From: Takakia lepidozioides
Lineage: Eukaryota; Plantae; Bryophyta
DNA length: 64,000 nucleotides
Direction of reading: 5' to 3'
Assembly (NCBI GenBank): GCA_030704615.1
Contig: CM060731.1
Location: 4,216,001-4,280,000 of the forward strand
The notes below the pieces were generated by a model that had not been told where the DNA came from, did no database searches, and worked only from the letters and a program-made list of their open reading frames with translations. Below, one piece after another: positions 36,674-49,400 of this stretch. Each line of letters starts with the position of its first letter. The stretch's first letter is position 1. Made by a program: the position numbers and the translations under genes.

Positions 36674-38668
36674 ATGTCGGGAAGGCAGGGTGAGTCGCGG
36701 TCTCTGTGTCGATGCATAGGTTTGCTGTTGGTAGACTTGAAGTAACCAGTCACGTTTGAAAGCGAATCAATAGCGCAGATTTTTAGGTTTAGTAGGATGT
36801 GGAGTTTTTGAACTACTGCAATTCGTGAGCTTTGTACCTGAGAAGATTCATTGACGCTTGATGCAATCGTTTCTTTTCCTTTCATCTTTTTTGGTTGCAA
36901 ATTATGTTTTGAGTTTACTGGTGGAATCCAAGGTTCAGAATTGCTTTCTCCATTCACGGGCCTTAGTTATTGTATTTCCGAGTTCTTGCACCGAACTAGA
37001 GTTTTGTCCAATAGTAAACTCTTTAGCTCTCATGATGTCACATTTTGTGAACCCTAGCTGGTTTCTGTTGCACCTGTCGCACGGAATTACCAGGAATTCT
37101 CGATTGTTTTCCATGTAAGATCATATCGTTCGGTGAAGTGAAGATAAGAGAGAAAGGAAAGTTTTGATAGCAACACACAGCTCCATCAAGATTTACTTGA
37201 GTTGGACGGTTAGTGTCGCGCTCATCTCTAGATATTGCGGTCTACATCCTCTGGAACAAGTTAATCCACCTTTTCACGGATTCTGTGCCAGAGACTGCCA
37301 AATATGGACAAGTGTCAAGTATCCCTGCTCTAAGACATTTCGGTGCTAAGGGAGAGTATAAGAAGTTAGAAAACATATGGGCAGTTTCTATGAGCCCATC
37401 AACAGGTAATGAGGCAAGCTTCAAGGAATTTACAGTGTGAATTGTCACTCAATGTTCTGTTTGACATGGATACAGGGGGAAAGTTGAAGCCGTTGAAGGC
37501 AGCGAAAGGCAAGGAGAAAGATTACGATGAGGTGATTAATGGCTCTCTTTCTTGTGATTCTGACAATTACAAGACTGCAAACTCAACAAACCTAAGGACC
37601 TACGATGGGCAGCATTCCATAGTTGGAAAGTGAAAGGCTCAGCATTCCATTGTTTGAATAATGGTTGGTGCTGTTTCAAATGATTTGGTGGATTCAGGAG
37701 TGAAATAACAGCAACTTGATGGAGTCTTGCCTTAATTAAGATCCTTGAGTTGCTGTGTGGTGTGTTCTGTTCTGACAAAGTGTCCAGCAAGTTCAATTGT
37801 TTGTGCACTGGGGACCTGGAAGTTTATCGATTGGCAAGAAGTTAACTGTAAGCTAGTTCTTTAAGCAAGGCTTAAGTCTGTAGGGTTATCACCGTCTTGT
37901 ACATCTCATAGGTTTACCAGGATCCATCCTCATGACATTATCTCATATAGCCTTGATTGTAGCTCTTTTTGTTTGTGTAGGGTTAGTGCATGTCAAGGTG
38001 GGGAACACCTGTCGTCAAGGTCATTGAATTCTTCTCCTTGTCTTGGTGCAGACAGACCTTGCAAATCTTCAGAAGAAGAAGGACGAGGAGAAGGTACTTG
38101 GTCTTGCTCTCTTTCTCTCTCTTGCAGGGTTTTTGTATGTCCAATCAAACACATGGTCCTCAGAGCTCGTGGCCCGTTGCTTAGCCCCTTGCAGTATTCC
38201 TTACAGTGTCTGTCGTTGGTATCTTTCGAATCTGAAACTTTTCAAAATCAGCTCAATATATGATGTCACCTCACACCATATTGTCATGTGCCTGATGTTT
38301 AGTACTCGTCCGTCTAATACTACTTACCCTTCGTTTCCTTACTATCTTATCTGTCTGCTGGAGTTTCTTTTGGATTGGGTTGGGGTGCATTGTTACGAAG
38401 ACTGTGAGAGAAATGTATTGGTGAGTAGTAGTTGGCCAACTGTCCCGGTTTGATGATGTGTGCTTCTTAGGGGGCTAGGTGGACTACAGAACATCAACAG
38501 GGGATCATGGTGTTACAAAAGCACACTTGATGTTCCCATCCTCTAAACTTGTGGCAATTATGTGTGAGTTATTTTCAGGCAATGAAAGAGCTGAAAGCCA
38601 AGGCGGCTGGTAAGGGTGCTTTCGGCGGGGCAGGTTTAAAGAAGAGCGGAGGTGGTGGGAAGAAGTAG
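36674..38668 (+). CDS. TMA7: Translation machinery-associated protein 7 (TMA7), 67 aa; exons 36674-36689, 37476-37531, 38052-38093, 38579-38668
   Basis: The spliced product MSGRQGGKLKPLKAAKGKEKDYDETDLANLQKKKDEEKAMKELKAKAAGKGAFGGAGLKKSGGGGKK* matches the TMA7 family pattern. All junctions are GT-AG and in frame. The ORF track does not show it as a unit. Confidence 0.93.
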
Positions 38669-40400
38669 CATTGGATCTATGCAGATTTGAACTGGCTGAG
38701 TATTCTTACTCGAATACCTTTCAGCTCCAATGGCTTGGGGCCCTCCTGAATGGATGGTCAAGCAACTGTACCCATTTGACCTGAATAGTTGAAGCTGTGG
38801 TGTGAAGAGGGTCCAAGGGACAAGGACTCGGGCAGAAAGGAAGTTAACAACCTTGAGAAAATGAGCTGTCTTTGTACACAGCTCCTTGTGAGTGTGTGTG
38901 TGGTCAATTGAGCCATTGAACACTATGTGTGTTTGAATCCTTGCAGTACCAGATGGTGTTGAGAATGTCCTTTGTTCAGTGCACTCTCTTCTATAATTGA
39001 CAAACATATTCATTTGGGTATTATTTAAGATAGATGAGTATCAGTAGATATCAGATTACTGAAGATTGATGATTGTCGAGAGTGTCCCAGCTGGATTAGA
39101 GCAATATGTCGTCTTCCCATACTCATTTCTGTCTTATCGCGAACGACTTGTTTCAATCCCATTCTGCAATTGGATGTAATAAGAATCCATAGAAATTTCT
39201 GGAGTCCAATAGCATGACAATGTGCTTGTGGAATTGCCTTAGCCTCTGGATTTGCTAGGAAGCAGACAGGAATCATGCAGTGTTTGTCATCAAATCCTGA
39301 AATCTGAAGATCACAACTGCCTACCTTCCAAATCAGAGCCTGCAGCCAACTTATCTCTTTACAAGATCATCATAAGCTGACAGCAATGTCTTTTCCCTTG
39401 GCAGCGTGTGCAAACATCACTCTTAACTGAACACTTGGACGGATTAAGTTGAAAGGCAACTAAGTACATCTGTCCACCCGGTCACAACTTCACGTTCTTA
39501 CGTAGCTCAATTTCCACAGTAGAAGTTTCTCATATGTGAATTAGAATTCCAAGCTTCACATACAGCTTGAATAATTCTACTTGTAGTGTTTGTGGACATT
39601 GGTTCTGAAGGCAATAATGTGGAACACAGCTATCCATAAACTTGTGATCATGGACATTATAAAGTCTGTGTTAAGTTTTTTTAACAGACCAAAATGAGTT
39701 GCCTGGACAAGAGTCAGAACGTCAGAACCTTCAAATGGAGAAATCAAAACCCCTTTGGGAAATGTAGACAAAAGGCAAAACTAAGGCAAGTGATATATGA
39801 GACCCGGTAGTTGAATGCTCCCTCAGCGGGCCTGCCTGCGTGGCCCCACCCCCGCCCTCCGCCTCCCCCCTTTCGCAGCAAAGCCACGGCCCGCGGTCGC
39901 CACGTCAGGCGACCCCCCTCCCGCTCCACCCGCCGCCCCCGCGCCGGGTCCATGGCTCGCGAAAGTACTGTCACACATTGATCTCCGTGTGACTGTATTT
40001 CACGCATCATCATGCATGCCCCATGAATGCATGTGCATTCATCTCATCATGACTTTGTTATCATAGAGTCGTATATGTGTTCACATGCCTCCTCATACAG
40101 TCATATTGGAGACCCGCAACACAGACATTTGAAATTTGAACCAGCCCTAGAGCATAGAGACACATCTTGGAGACCATGAACATTCAAATTCAAAATTTGA
40201 AGGAGCATTGGTTGTACCTGCAAAACGAATGGACGTCATTTAGTGGATGTTTGTTTTCATCCAGATGATTGACCACCTGTCCCCAGTGTCTTCGTCCCCT
40301 CATTCTCTGTCTCCGAAATTGGGGACTCGCCAGTGTGTCACGATTTTTCACACAGTGCGTTGTGCTTCATGTGTGTGCTTCGACTTGCTTCCCGAGAGAC

Positions 40401-40605
40401 ATGTCTGGAAATGAGAGAACTGAAGAATTTCTCCCTCCTGCTGTAACCCATGTTAAGCTTATGTCCATTCTTCGAAGCCAGGTGCAGTCTCCGGCCCCGG
40501 GTGCTTTCGATCACACAGTGTTACAATGGCGTCACCAATGGCATGGAATCCCTGACGGAAAGGACAATGTGTACCCTTGAAGTGACGGCAGCTTATATTT
40601 ACTTA
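40401..40605 (+). pseudogene. Truncated N-terminus of the MULE-2 transposase
   Basis: LMSILRSQVQSPAPGAFDHTVLQWRHQWHG…VTAAYI aligns by eye with MULE-1 transposase LIRPLRQCLQTTKPGPFNRKDLHWKSETQYG…VEKACI. It sits just inside a TIR, pointing inward, as in MULE-1. Confidence 0.6.
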
Positions 40606-40929
40606 GCATTATTATTTTTGAAAGGTGACAATCCAAGAACATTGACCTTTATAATATGGTAGTATGTCTGCTCTATTCGTTTTTCATTCGGCTACAAGAT
40701 TTTGCCTTCAGCCTCATGGCATATGATGTGACAATGAGTTGTGTCACATACTTTGTTTTGTTGAACCTCAGTGGTTTCCTCATACCAGGAATACAAGTAT
40801 CAATCTCCAGTATATATTCAGTTTTGCAACACTGGTTTCATTTTTGTTTCAAATGTGACTGCTTTCAAATGCAGCAATCGTTTTCACATTGTGCAAATGA
40901 GGTGATACTGTGTATTGTGTGGAAGACAG

Positions 40930-42240
40930 CTGAATGAAGATCCTTGCCTCAACATGAACACGTGTATGAGCAATACTTGTGTAACTGGTCTGTAAGGGAC
41001 TGCCTTCCCTCCAACTCCTGTACATTACCAAACGACTAATATCCTGCATCCACTGTCGTACCTATGTGACACAGATTTTGGGATTACCTTATATGCTCGA
41101 GCTGTTTACAAGACCAGCCTCTGGCACAAGAGGCCTCATTCAATTATGTTATGATGGCTTTCAAGATGGACTGTAAAAATACGACATTTGCGATAATATT
41201 GTGGGTTTATTACTCTTGAGCCAGTGCTGACTTCTCGTGCACTATGAGGATACATCCAATGACAACATTCACAGTCTGTGGAGGCAGTGCAAACAGTCCA
41301 GGGGATAACGTGCAATCCGTCAAAGCACTGAAGCATTGCAAACAAGTAAGGACTGAAAACACTGTAGCATAGCACTGCACTCAAGCACTGCTCACACTGA
41401 AGCAGCCAACTGGCGAAGCCCAAAAAACACAGACATGGAACAGAATCGATTCTCATATTCAGATAGAATCAAAACAGAACTTGAAACAAGACCGGGACAA
41501 AATGTCGTTGTACCCCATTGCATCATCCCACCTCAGTCGAAGACAAATGCACATTCTACCTGAACCCATCATTATTGTATCACGAACAATCATTCCCCTA
41601 TCTTTGAATAACTTCCACTCCCAACCTTCAACAACGCAAACAAGGCTGGACTCACCCTTAGGGCAGCCAGATTCTCAGTCACCTCCTCCAACCCTGTTTT
41701 CTCCACAATGTCCGTCTTGTCCATGAGGAAAGCTTTAGTGGGGGTGATGCCAAGGGACCAAGGCACAATTTCCGGTGGTTTTGCGGCATGAAACTGCTTC
41801 TTCAGGCGCATGGTGAATGTGCCCTTCAGGAGCAGGCTACTCCCAGCACGATGAAGGCACTTCCTCAAATTGAAAATTGGTACCTTCTACAGGACATTGG
41901 AGTCATCTGCCTCTACAACCCAAAACCTGTTCTCTCCCTCTGGAATGTTCACTCCATCCAGACATGCTCCCCTGATATTCGTGCCCTCTTTGTCGTATCT
42001 ACGTTGAAGCCACTGTCCTCAGCTGCAGTAGCCACCACATTCCAGATGGGAAGAGGGATGCCCATGGTGATGTACTGAATGCCATATGTCTTCGGGGCAT
42101 TCCCCTTCTGCATAAGTATAATGTCTTCAAGGCCGACCTCTTTGGCCATCGCAGGCCCAAAAACTATGCTTGCAACAAAAGTGTGTCCCCACCTTTGTCG
42201 GGTGCAGGGATTCTTAAATGTCCCTGCCATCCTGTACAAG
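40930..42240 (-). pseudogene. Unidentified decayed cargo gene in MULE-2
   Basis: Consecutive coding-like ORF pieces (41949-42239, 41590-41868, 41136-41456) with stops and frameshifts. No family recognised. Confidence 0.4.
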
Positions 42241-42656
42241 CACGTGCAGTGTGGAAGCCGAAGCAGCTGAAATGAACGTCATTTCGTGGGGAGACACTGA
42301 AAACAGTCAAAGCACTAGAGCACTGAAGTACTGTGGAACTGGAAAGAACTAAGGACTCCACACTGTAGCACTGAAGCGCTATGTGCCACTGAACATGCCG
42401 AAGCACTGAAGCGGTCAAGCCCAAGAACAAAAGAAGACACAGCCTGGGGTTCAAACCCCACCTAGTTCCGTGCATGGTTCGAAATTGCCCGCCACGACCC
42501 TTCCTCTTCCCCCCCAATTGTGCCTTGTATCACTCCACGCGTCTCCACCACTTTGTGCCTGTAATACATATTGTGTTCCTCTCGTCGTGGTGTTTTCAAA
42601 ATCTTTAGTAGTGTTTTTGTGTTCTATCGCAGTTTTGTAATGTTACATTGCCAGCT

Positions 42657-43152
42657 CTGTTATGTGTTCCTTCGCTCCACTGCATAGTCCATAGCTCATG
42701 GTCAACATTCCGCAGTTCTCACCGATCTGCGTGTACTGTATTTCCGAGCTTCGTCTTCCCATCGCCCTCTCCGTCCTCAGTCCTTCCAGCTGCCGCTCAC
42801 ATTCTGCTTTTCCGAGCAGTGGTCTGCTTAGACTCCGTGTCGCGCACCTCACTTCGGTAAGCTCCCCTTCAAGTCATAGTTACTCGCTTTGATGCGCGCG
42901 CCTGACTCCCAACCTGGCCGCCCGGGCCAACTTGGAGCTTCGGCTGCTCACCGGGACATAACGGTCCCCCTTCGCTTCCCTCTAAAACCCTCCACCTAAT
43001 TGGGACTAGGAGAATTCCCTTTGGTAGATGGCAGTCCGGAACAGCTCCCCACTCTTTGGTCGCTTTCCGGCTCGCTCGCTTACTCACTAGTTTTTGGTCA
43101 CCAACGGGCTCGCACCGTTCTCGGGGTTACTACTCCCTATATATACTTCTGT
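42657..43152 (-). mobile_element. ~500-bp LTR-like insertion nested in MULE-2
   Basis: tgttatgt… at 42658 with an inverted acataac at ~42956-42962. On -, a purine tract (gagggaagcgaaggggg) precedes it and a tatatata lies near 43140. Possible agct duplication at both ends. Confidence 0.4.
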
Positions 43153-43189
43153 AGCTGTCCGCGGGGGTTTCACAACCAGCCATGCCATT

Positions 43190-44600
43190 TTATGGCGAAC
43201 CACCACGAAGACCCTCGATTCCCGGTGGTGAGTCGCGGTGAGTCTTGGCCCGCTCACCACGGCCCCTATGGACCGTGATGAGTCCCAAGACTCCCCACGA
43301 CTCCCATCACGAGGTCTCCGCCCCCATGGTGAGTCCTATGCCACCCCCAGTAAGTCCCACTAAGCTACCACCACCCCTTGTGGAGCCACCCCCACCGCAA
43401 CCCGGTGTGCGGGACTCCACCTAGTGAGCGCCTCCGCTTCCCTGAGTGCCTTGGGCACTCAAGGGTGCTTCAGCCCCCCCCATACCTATCGCTGGCACTG
43501 CCCCCACCACAGGGGCAGCCCCTCATGTGTCCCGGCCCCCTGCCCTCAAGGCAAAGGGCCGCGACACTCCGCTTCTTTTACAATGTCCGACCTTAGTACC
43601 TGTTCCTCCATTCCCTGGCTTCAGGAGCAGCCCAAGGTTGATGAGGACACAATGAAAGAGTTATTGGGTGACCTTGGCGGCATTGTGGGGTCTCGCATTT
43701 CCCTTCTGGAAGCACTGGTGGACTGGTCACATCCAACAGCTGGGGACATCATTCTCAAGGCACATGAATCTGCAGATAGAGTGGCTTGGTGTGGTTTCTA
43801 TGACAAAAGTAGCACCGAATCTGCAAAGCTTCCAAACACCATGGTATTGAGGTCGAGGTTCTTGTGTGCTCCAAATGATGAGTGAGGACCACATCAACTA
43901 GGTTTGGACCCAGACAAGGAGAATGAATGCTTTCATGTTCTCACTGTATTCCAGTGGATGGGTGGAGGTTGGGACTCCACTCATTGACGCTCTCCTCACC
44001 CCTATTTGAGCGAAGAAATTCACCAGACATGCCATGGACTGCAGCAGGGGACGTTTGTGTGACCCTTCAGGGTGGTTCAATGCATGTGATGTTTGCTTCT
44101 GCAATGCACATGCCAAAGAATAGCTCATCAGTTTTCCTGCGTGTTCTACCTCAATGGGGGGGCAACCATTTCCATCAGTCTGTTTTTTTTTTCCCGATGG
44201 GATGGGCGTGTTTGTGTCTGGAAGGAGCGAATGGTTAGGGTGGAGGTCGATGTGCCTTCCTATGACTGGAACTTCAAGGAGGTGGATTGGTTAGAGGAAG
44301 CATGTGGGTGACAGCATTGTTGTGCTAGAATTTGTGGTGTTTTGCATGGCCATTGGGTCTGAAGTACCTGTTGTTACTGTCATTGTCCTTGTTGCTTTTG
44401 AGCGACTGTTTCCCTGCAATCTTCATGTTATGGTACATGTGTGAACATGCATTCGATTTTGGCTCATGAGAAACCTGTTCCTGTCACTGTTTTCTGCAGC
44501 GACCATTGGACAGTGGTAATTTTGAAATCCTCTCAGTGCCTAAACTTCAATAGCATAGGAACCAAACAGAACTCCCTCATGTAATGTCTGTGCCATTGGA
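43190..44600 (+). pseudogene. Second, degenerate Ulp1-like gene fragment in MULE-2
   Basis: Pro-rich N-terminus, ORF 43424-43885, and an exon near 44500 reading SDHWTVVILKSSQCLNFNSIGT, which parallels NHWSVVIMEPMRHLHLNSIKT of the minus-strand Ulp1. Confidence 0.55.
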
Positions 44601-46409
44601 TTCATACTGAATACTGTGAGCATATTGTGCTGGTCCATCGGCTGTATTTTACTTGTGCATGCCACAAGTATGGAACATGGATGTAGGATGTCTTTCAATC
44701 CTCTTACCATATGGATGATATATGGATGATATATGATCGAGGCTTTAATACAGTTGAAACTGTGAAATGGAGGGAGTTAGGAAAACAATGATATTGTCCT
44801 ATGGTTTGGAATGTGAAGTGGATGATTTACGTTGGAGTGCATTCATAAAGGTACACTGTGAAATTGTTAGACTGTCGAGGCAAAGCCACTGATCAGGGTA
44901 CATAGTCAAATTGTTAGACTGTCGAGGCATATATAAAAAAATTAGGGTACACAGTGAAGTTCTTATACTGTCGAGGCAACTTCAAACGCCGCATCGTTGT
45001 ATGTATATAATGTCGTCATTGTAAGAACAAATTAGTAAGTCTGTTTGTATGGTCCCGTCCTCTCTGTAGTGTGAGTCCTTCAAGATTACTCATCCCTCTT
45101 GCTGCACATCAGGGTCCCACAATTGTAGATCTTCGCCCCTCCTTCTTTTTGCAGGATACGGTATTCTGTTTCTGTTTTCCATCTTGTTTTCGCAAATTCG
45201 TAGTCACCCGTCTTGTTACACATCAGGCTCGTACCCTCTGTAGATATTTGGAAGTCGTGATGCGCCGCTCCGGTCCTACCATATTGTAAGACCAAGCCTT
45301 GTCTTGCCCTTCGTAAGACTCCATCTTGGAGAGGATGAAGAGCTTGAGTCCGGGGAGTTCCATTGGGGCCACGGCAGCAAGAGCTCGTTGGAGCAACTGC
45401 ACAATACGCGGTTGCGAATCTGCCATTGGGGAGGTATTCAATCGTTTTTCGCCCGGGATTGGAAAGGGGACCGAGAAGAACAGGGTAAACAGAAAGAAAT
45501 GACTGTATCCGGGAGACTTGGGGGGGTTGGAAAACGCATATACAATGGATGAAGAATAGCAGATGGCCATCATTTGGCACATGTGTATTTGGGTTTTGTG
45601 GATACAGTTATTTTCAAAACCTTCAAGCACATGTCGTCGAGGTTCCATGGCGAATGCTCAGTGGATTGGGGATACCACATCTCCATGGGGGGAGACGTGG
45701 GTGAAATAATTTATTGCGCTCCTCCCGTTGGCCATGCAGGGCAAAATAGTAGTAGATGCATCAGTAGAACCATAAACCCCCCGTGCTTTTATTTGGGCAG
45801 GTTAACATGACCATTTTGCTTAAGCACATTATGGATTTGCTTCGGAACAGGACGTCATGGCATGTGCCTTATGCAGGATTGTTTGTAATGGAATTCTTTG
45901 TTTTATAAGACAGTCTCTTACCATGATGGTTTCTGAGTGACTTTCCATATGCCAGATCGTGGGCTTCCTCCTTAGTCTCTGCGAACTCCATCATCTTCAT
46001 TCAAGAGCACAAACTCGACTCCAGGAAGATCGATTCTCTAACTTCCTCCATTTGGCCTTCGGACGTCGCATGGGGGAACCCTACTATCTCCGACTCCAGA
46101 GGTGGCACCACTCTGATGAGCACCACTCTGTCATTGTAGACTTCCATCATTCATTGCAATTTGAAAGCAGTATTCTTCTCTTTTATGGGCTCATGGAGGT
46201 ATGAGAGCACTGTCTGCAATGGTTCTACTTAGCAGACATATAGCTGGATTGCCCAAAGCAAATACTGTATTACAGGGGAGGAAATCCCAAAGAATGGGGA
46301 TTACCGTACAAATTGAAAGGGGAAGACTGTAATGTGCAAAGGCAAAATCATACTCATGGCACAACAGTCATTCTGCCTTGGGATGGAACTTCTTCGATAG
46401 TGTCGTAGG

Positions 46410-49400
46410 CTATGAACGGTGGCTGGAATCGGCATGGGCAGCCTGTCGCACAGGCCGCACATGTGGTGGACGTGCATATGGGAGGCCATGACCTGCTCGA
46501 CCTTGGAGCTCGGCCATGACCAAGTTGCACATTTCCCGTCTTTTTGCAACAGCGGCCTTATGAGGAAACTAATCCATGTTGAGCTGCAAACAATATGCAA
46601 GTGTGCTCAATGTTGTATAAGCATTCAAAACCAAAACATAAACAAGGAGGACATAAACGGTACCCATCCACAATTGTGAACTAGAATGCAATGCAGATAG
46701 TGAAGAGTTGAAAGTGTGCTACCCGGCCTGCACCATTCGGTAGAGGGTTCAGGAATGTTTGGTCCACGTACAGGTCAATGTAATGAGCTATGAAGAGGCC
46801 ACACTCCCAGGTAGAGGCATGTTGGGGAACAGGGAGGCACACCCACCGCTTTGGATCGGTACCCTCTGTCCACCTTGGGTCTAGAGGGTAGAATCCTCTA
46901 AGCAAAGTCCAGAATTTAGCGAACAATGGCTTCAGACTCTTGTGTTTGTGCGTGTTTTTATGCTATTCAGGTGCAAGTGGCGCATGGGTTCCATGATTAC
47001 GACACTCCAGTGGTTGCTGCAGTACAGTACATGCAGACTTGAGCTTGGTTGTGTGCACAACCAAAGGGAAATACATTCAAAAGGCGTATGGAAGCAACGA
47101 AAGGGGCAGGTGTGCAGAAAACTCACCTAAAAGTAATAGGGACAATGAACACTTCTACACCAACACAATCAAGGGTGGGGAATCGTCTGTCCATCCAGGT
47201 CTGTATGGACTCAACTCCGGTCCCATATTGAGCGAAGTGGTCCCGAAGACAAATCCAAGTGAAACAGTCTAGAAATCGCAATTTTCTGCGTACAATGTTC
47301 GGGAGGGACAGTGTTTTGAAGAAACCCAAAAGTCAATGACACGGTCCCTTATCCAGCCCCTTGCATGCACCAGGTCATCTGCATCTTCTAGTCTGAGAGG
47401 GATCTGACGGGATAGTGCATCTTGGAAAAACCATATGTCAATCGTTGGAGCAACGAGCGCACTATGGGAAATCTTGAACATATACCACATACACGTTTAT
47501 GGAAAATGTGCATGGGCAACGGAAAACTGTGTTGCAACTCGGAATTGGATGTGAAGTTATACCATATCATATATAGTAAACAAGGGTGCACGGGCGTTGA
47601 ACTCACAAAACGTTTTCCATTTCGCTATGTATCCTGCGCAGTGTCGAGCAACCGATAAGAATTCATAACCGCATACATGCAGGAGTGCAACTGTATGCAT
47701 AGCAATAAGCATGTTATATGCAGGAATACAAATGAGTAGCTCTTCAATGTCTTAGTTCGTTGGCATGGAACTACAAGAACACCTTTGGATGGGACTTCAT
47801 CAGCAGGAGGCTGCATTGCATCCCACGCGGTACCAACCACATTGGCATGGGTGGCGATGGGGCTGGCGAATTTAATAGAGCGGGCAGCCTTAAATCTGCC
47901 CTGCACACTCCCCCATCCACCTCACCATGAATCTGTGTCGTGGCATTTGTGCTGTCAAGTGTATTAACAGTCTCGGGATACACAATCTCTGGGGACGGAA
48001 GGGGGAAGGAAACACAGAATTCTTCAGGATTTGTGGCGTGTGGGGCTGTTCACACAGTTCACCGTGAGGGGTTTTTGAAGACCCTACAATGGCTACTGCA
48101 GATAGAAATGCACCCTCATCATGGGGACATTGCACTGAAGGGGGGGAGGACATTCAAAAATATGTGCTGAATTGCAAGAGGCCACAAGGGGGAGCTGTCC
48201 ACCAGACTTGGGAAATACCTGACTGCAAGCAAGGTCCATTTCAAGTTGAGTCAGGAGACCTGGTTGGGGACAGAGAATGTCGGCAGAAACTTCACTAGAA
48301 GAGCCTTTCTCATGTGGGTGAAGGACGTTTCCGCTGTCAGAGTCATCGTGTGCAGAGGCAGTTACTGCTTTGGGTGCAACGTCCAGATTGTCCACCACAG
48401 CAGGAAGGGGGCCATCCGTATTCCCAACCAGGTCCTCTGTTTCCACCACAGGCTCTCGCAATTTGTGTCCATGCAGAAGGATTTTTGTGGACTTGGAGGC
48501 AATGTCAGCAGCGTTCACCATGACCAAGGCATTCTATGTAGTACGCATGCCTAGCAAAGAGAACATCATCTGCATACTCGTATGCACATTGCAATGCCTT
48601 GGTCACACGGGAGTAACTGTAATCAATAGACTCTGCACAAGTCCAAGTGGCGTATAATTAGTAAGTTGCTTATCAGTTTCAGTCTTCCACACATAATTAT
48701 AAGTTCACATAAGAGATTGAAAACCAATAACATTGCAATGTCTGCTGTATTGCAAAAGGATGAGCCGTTTGACATACCCGAATTCAGAGCAATCCAACCC
48801 ATGTCAAGATCCTCGCGGTACCTCAACGTGGCAGCGAAATCCTGGAGCACCTTATCAACTTGTTGTCCTGGCTGTCCGACCCCACACCACAAGGCCTGAA
48901 AGGAAGCAGGATTAAAAATGGCAAGGTCCCGCACAACCCTGTGTCTGACTTGTTGCATGAAGTCATGGATGGAATCCAAAACACGCAGTCGGTCCGCTTC
49001 CTATCGGTCAACAAGGTCACCTGCGCTTTGGAGCACCTCCTCCTGGACTTCATTGTAAGGGGGCATGCGGCCATACAACAAGTGGCCAAATTCACTGCTG
49101 CATTTCTAATCGTGTTGTTACCCTCGGCGGTGGACAGAAGTTGGTCAAGGAGTTCATCTAACATGTGGTTTCTGGGTGTGGACAGGGGCATAGTCAATGT
49201 GGCAGATCCAAAGGAGGCGCAAAACTCTCATGGAAGGGGGGACTTCGGGGACCTCTCCCAGATTTGATGATGATGCAAAACGTTGGACGAGCATTTGAGC
49301 TTCTTCTTTGGAATGACTGAAAACTTTAGGCATGTCTGGGAACTCACCCATCTTCACAATTCTGAACAAGAGGGACCAGCCCCATTTAGCCTCGTGTATT

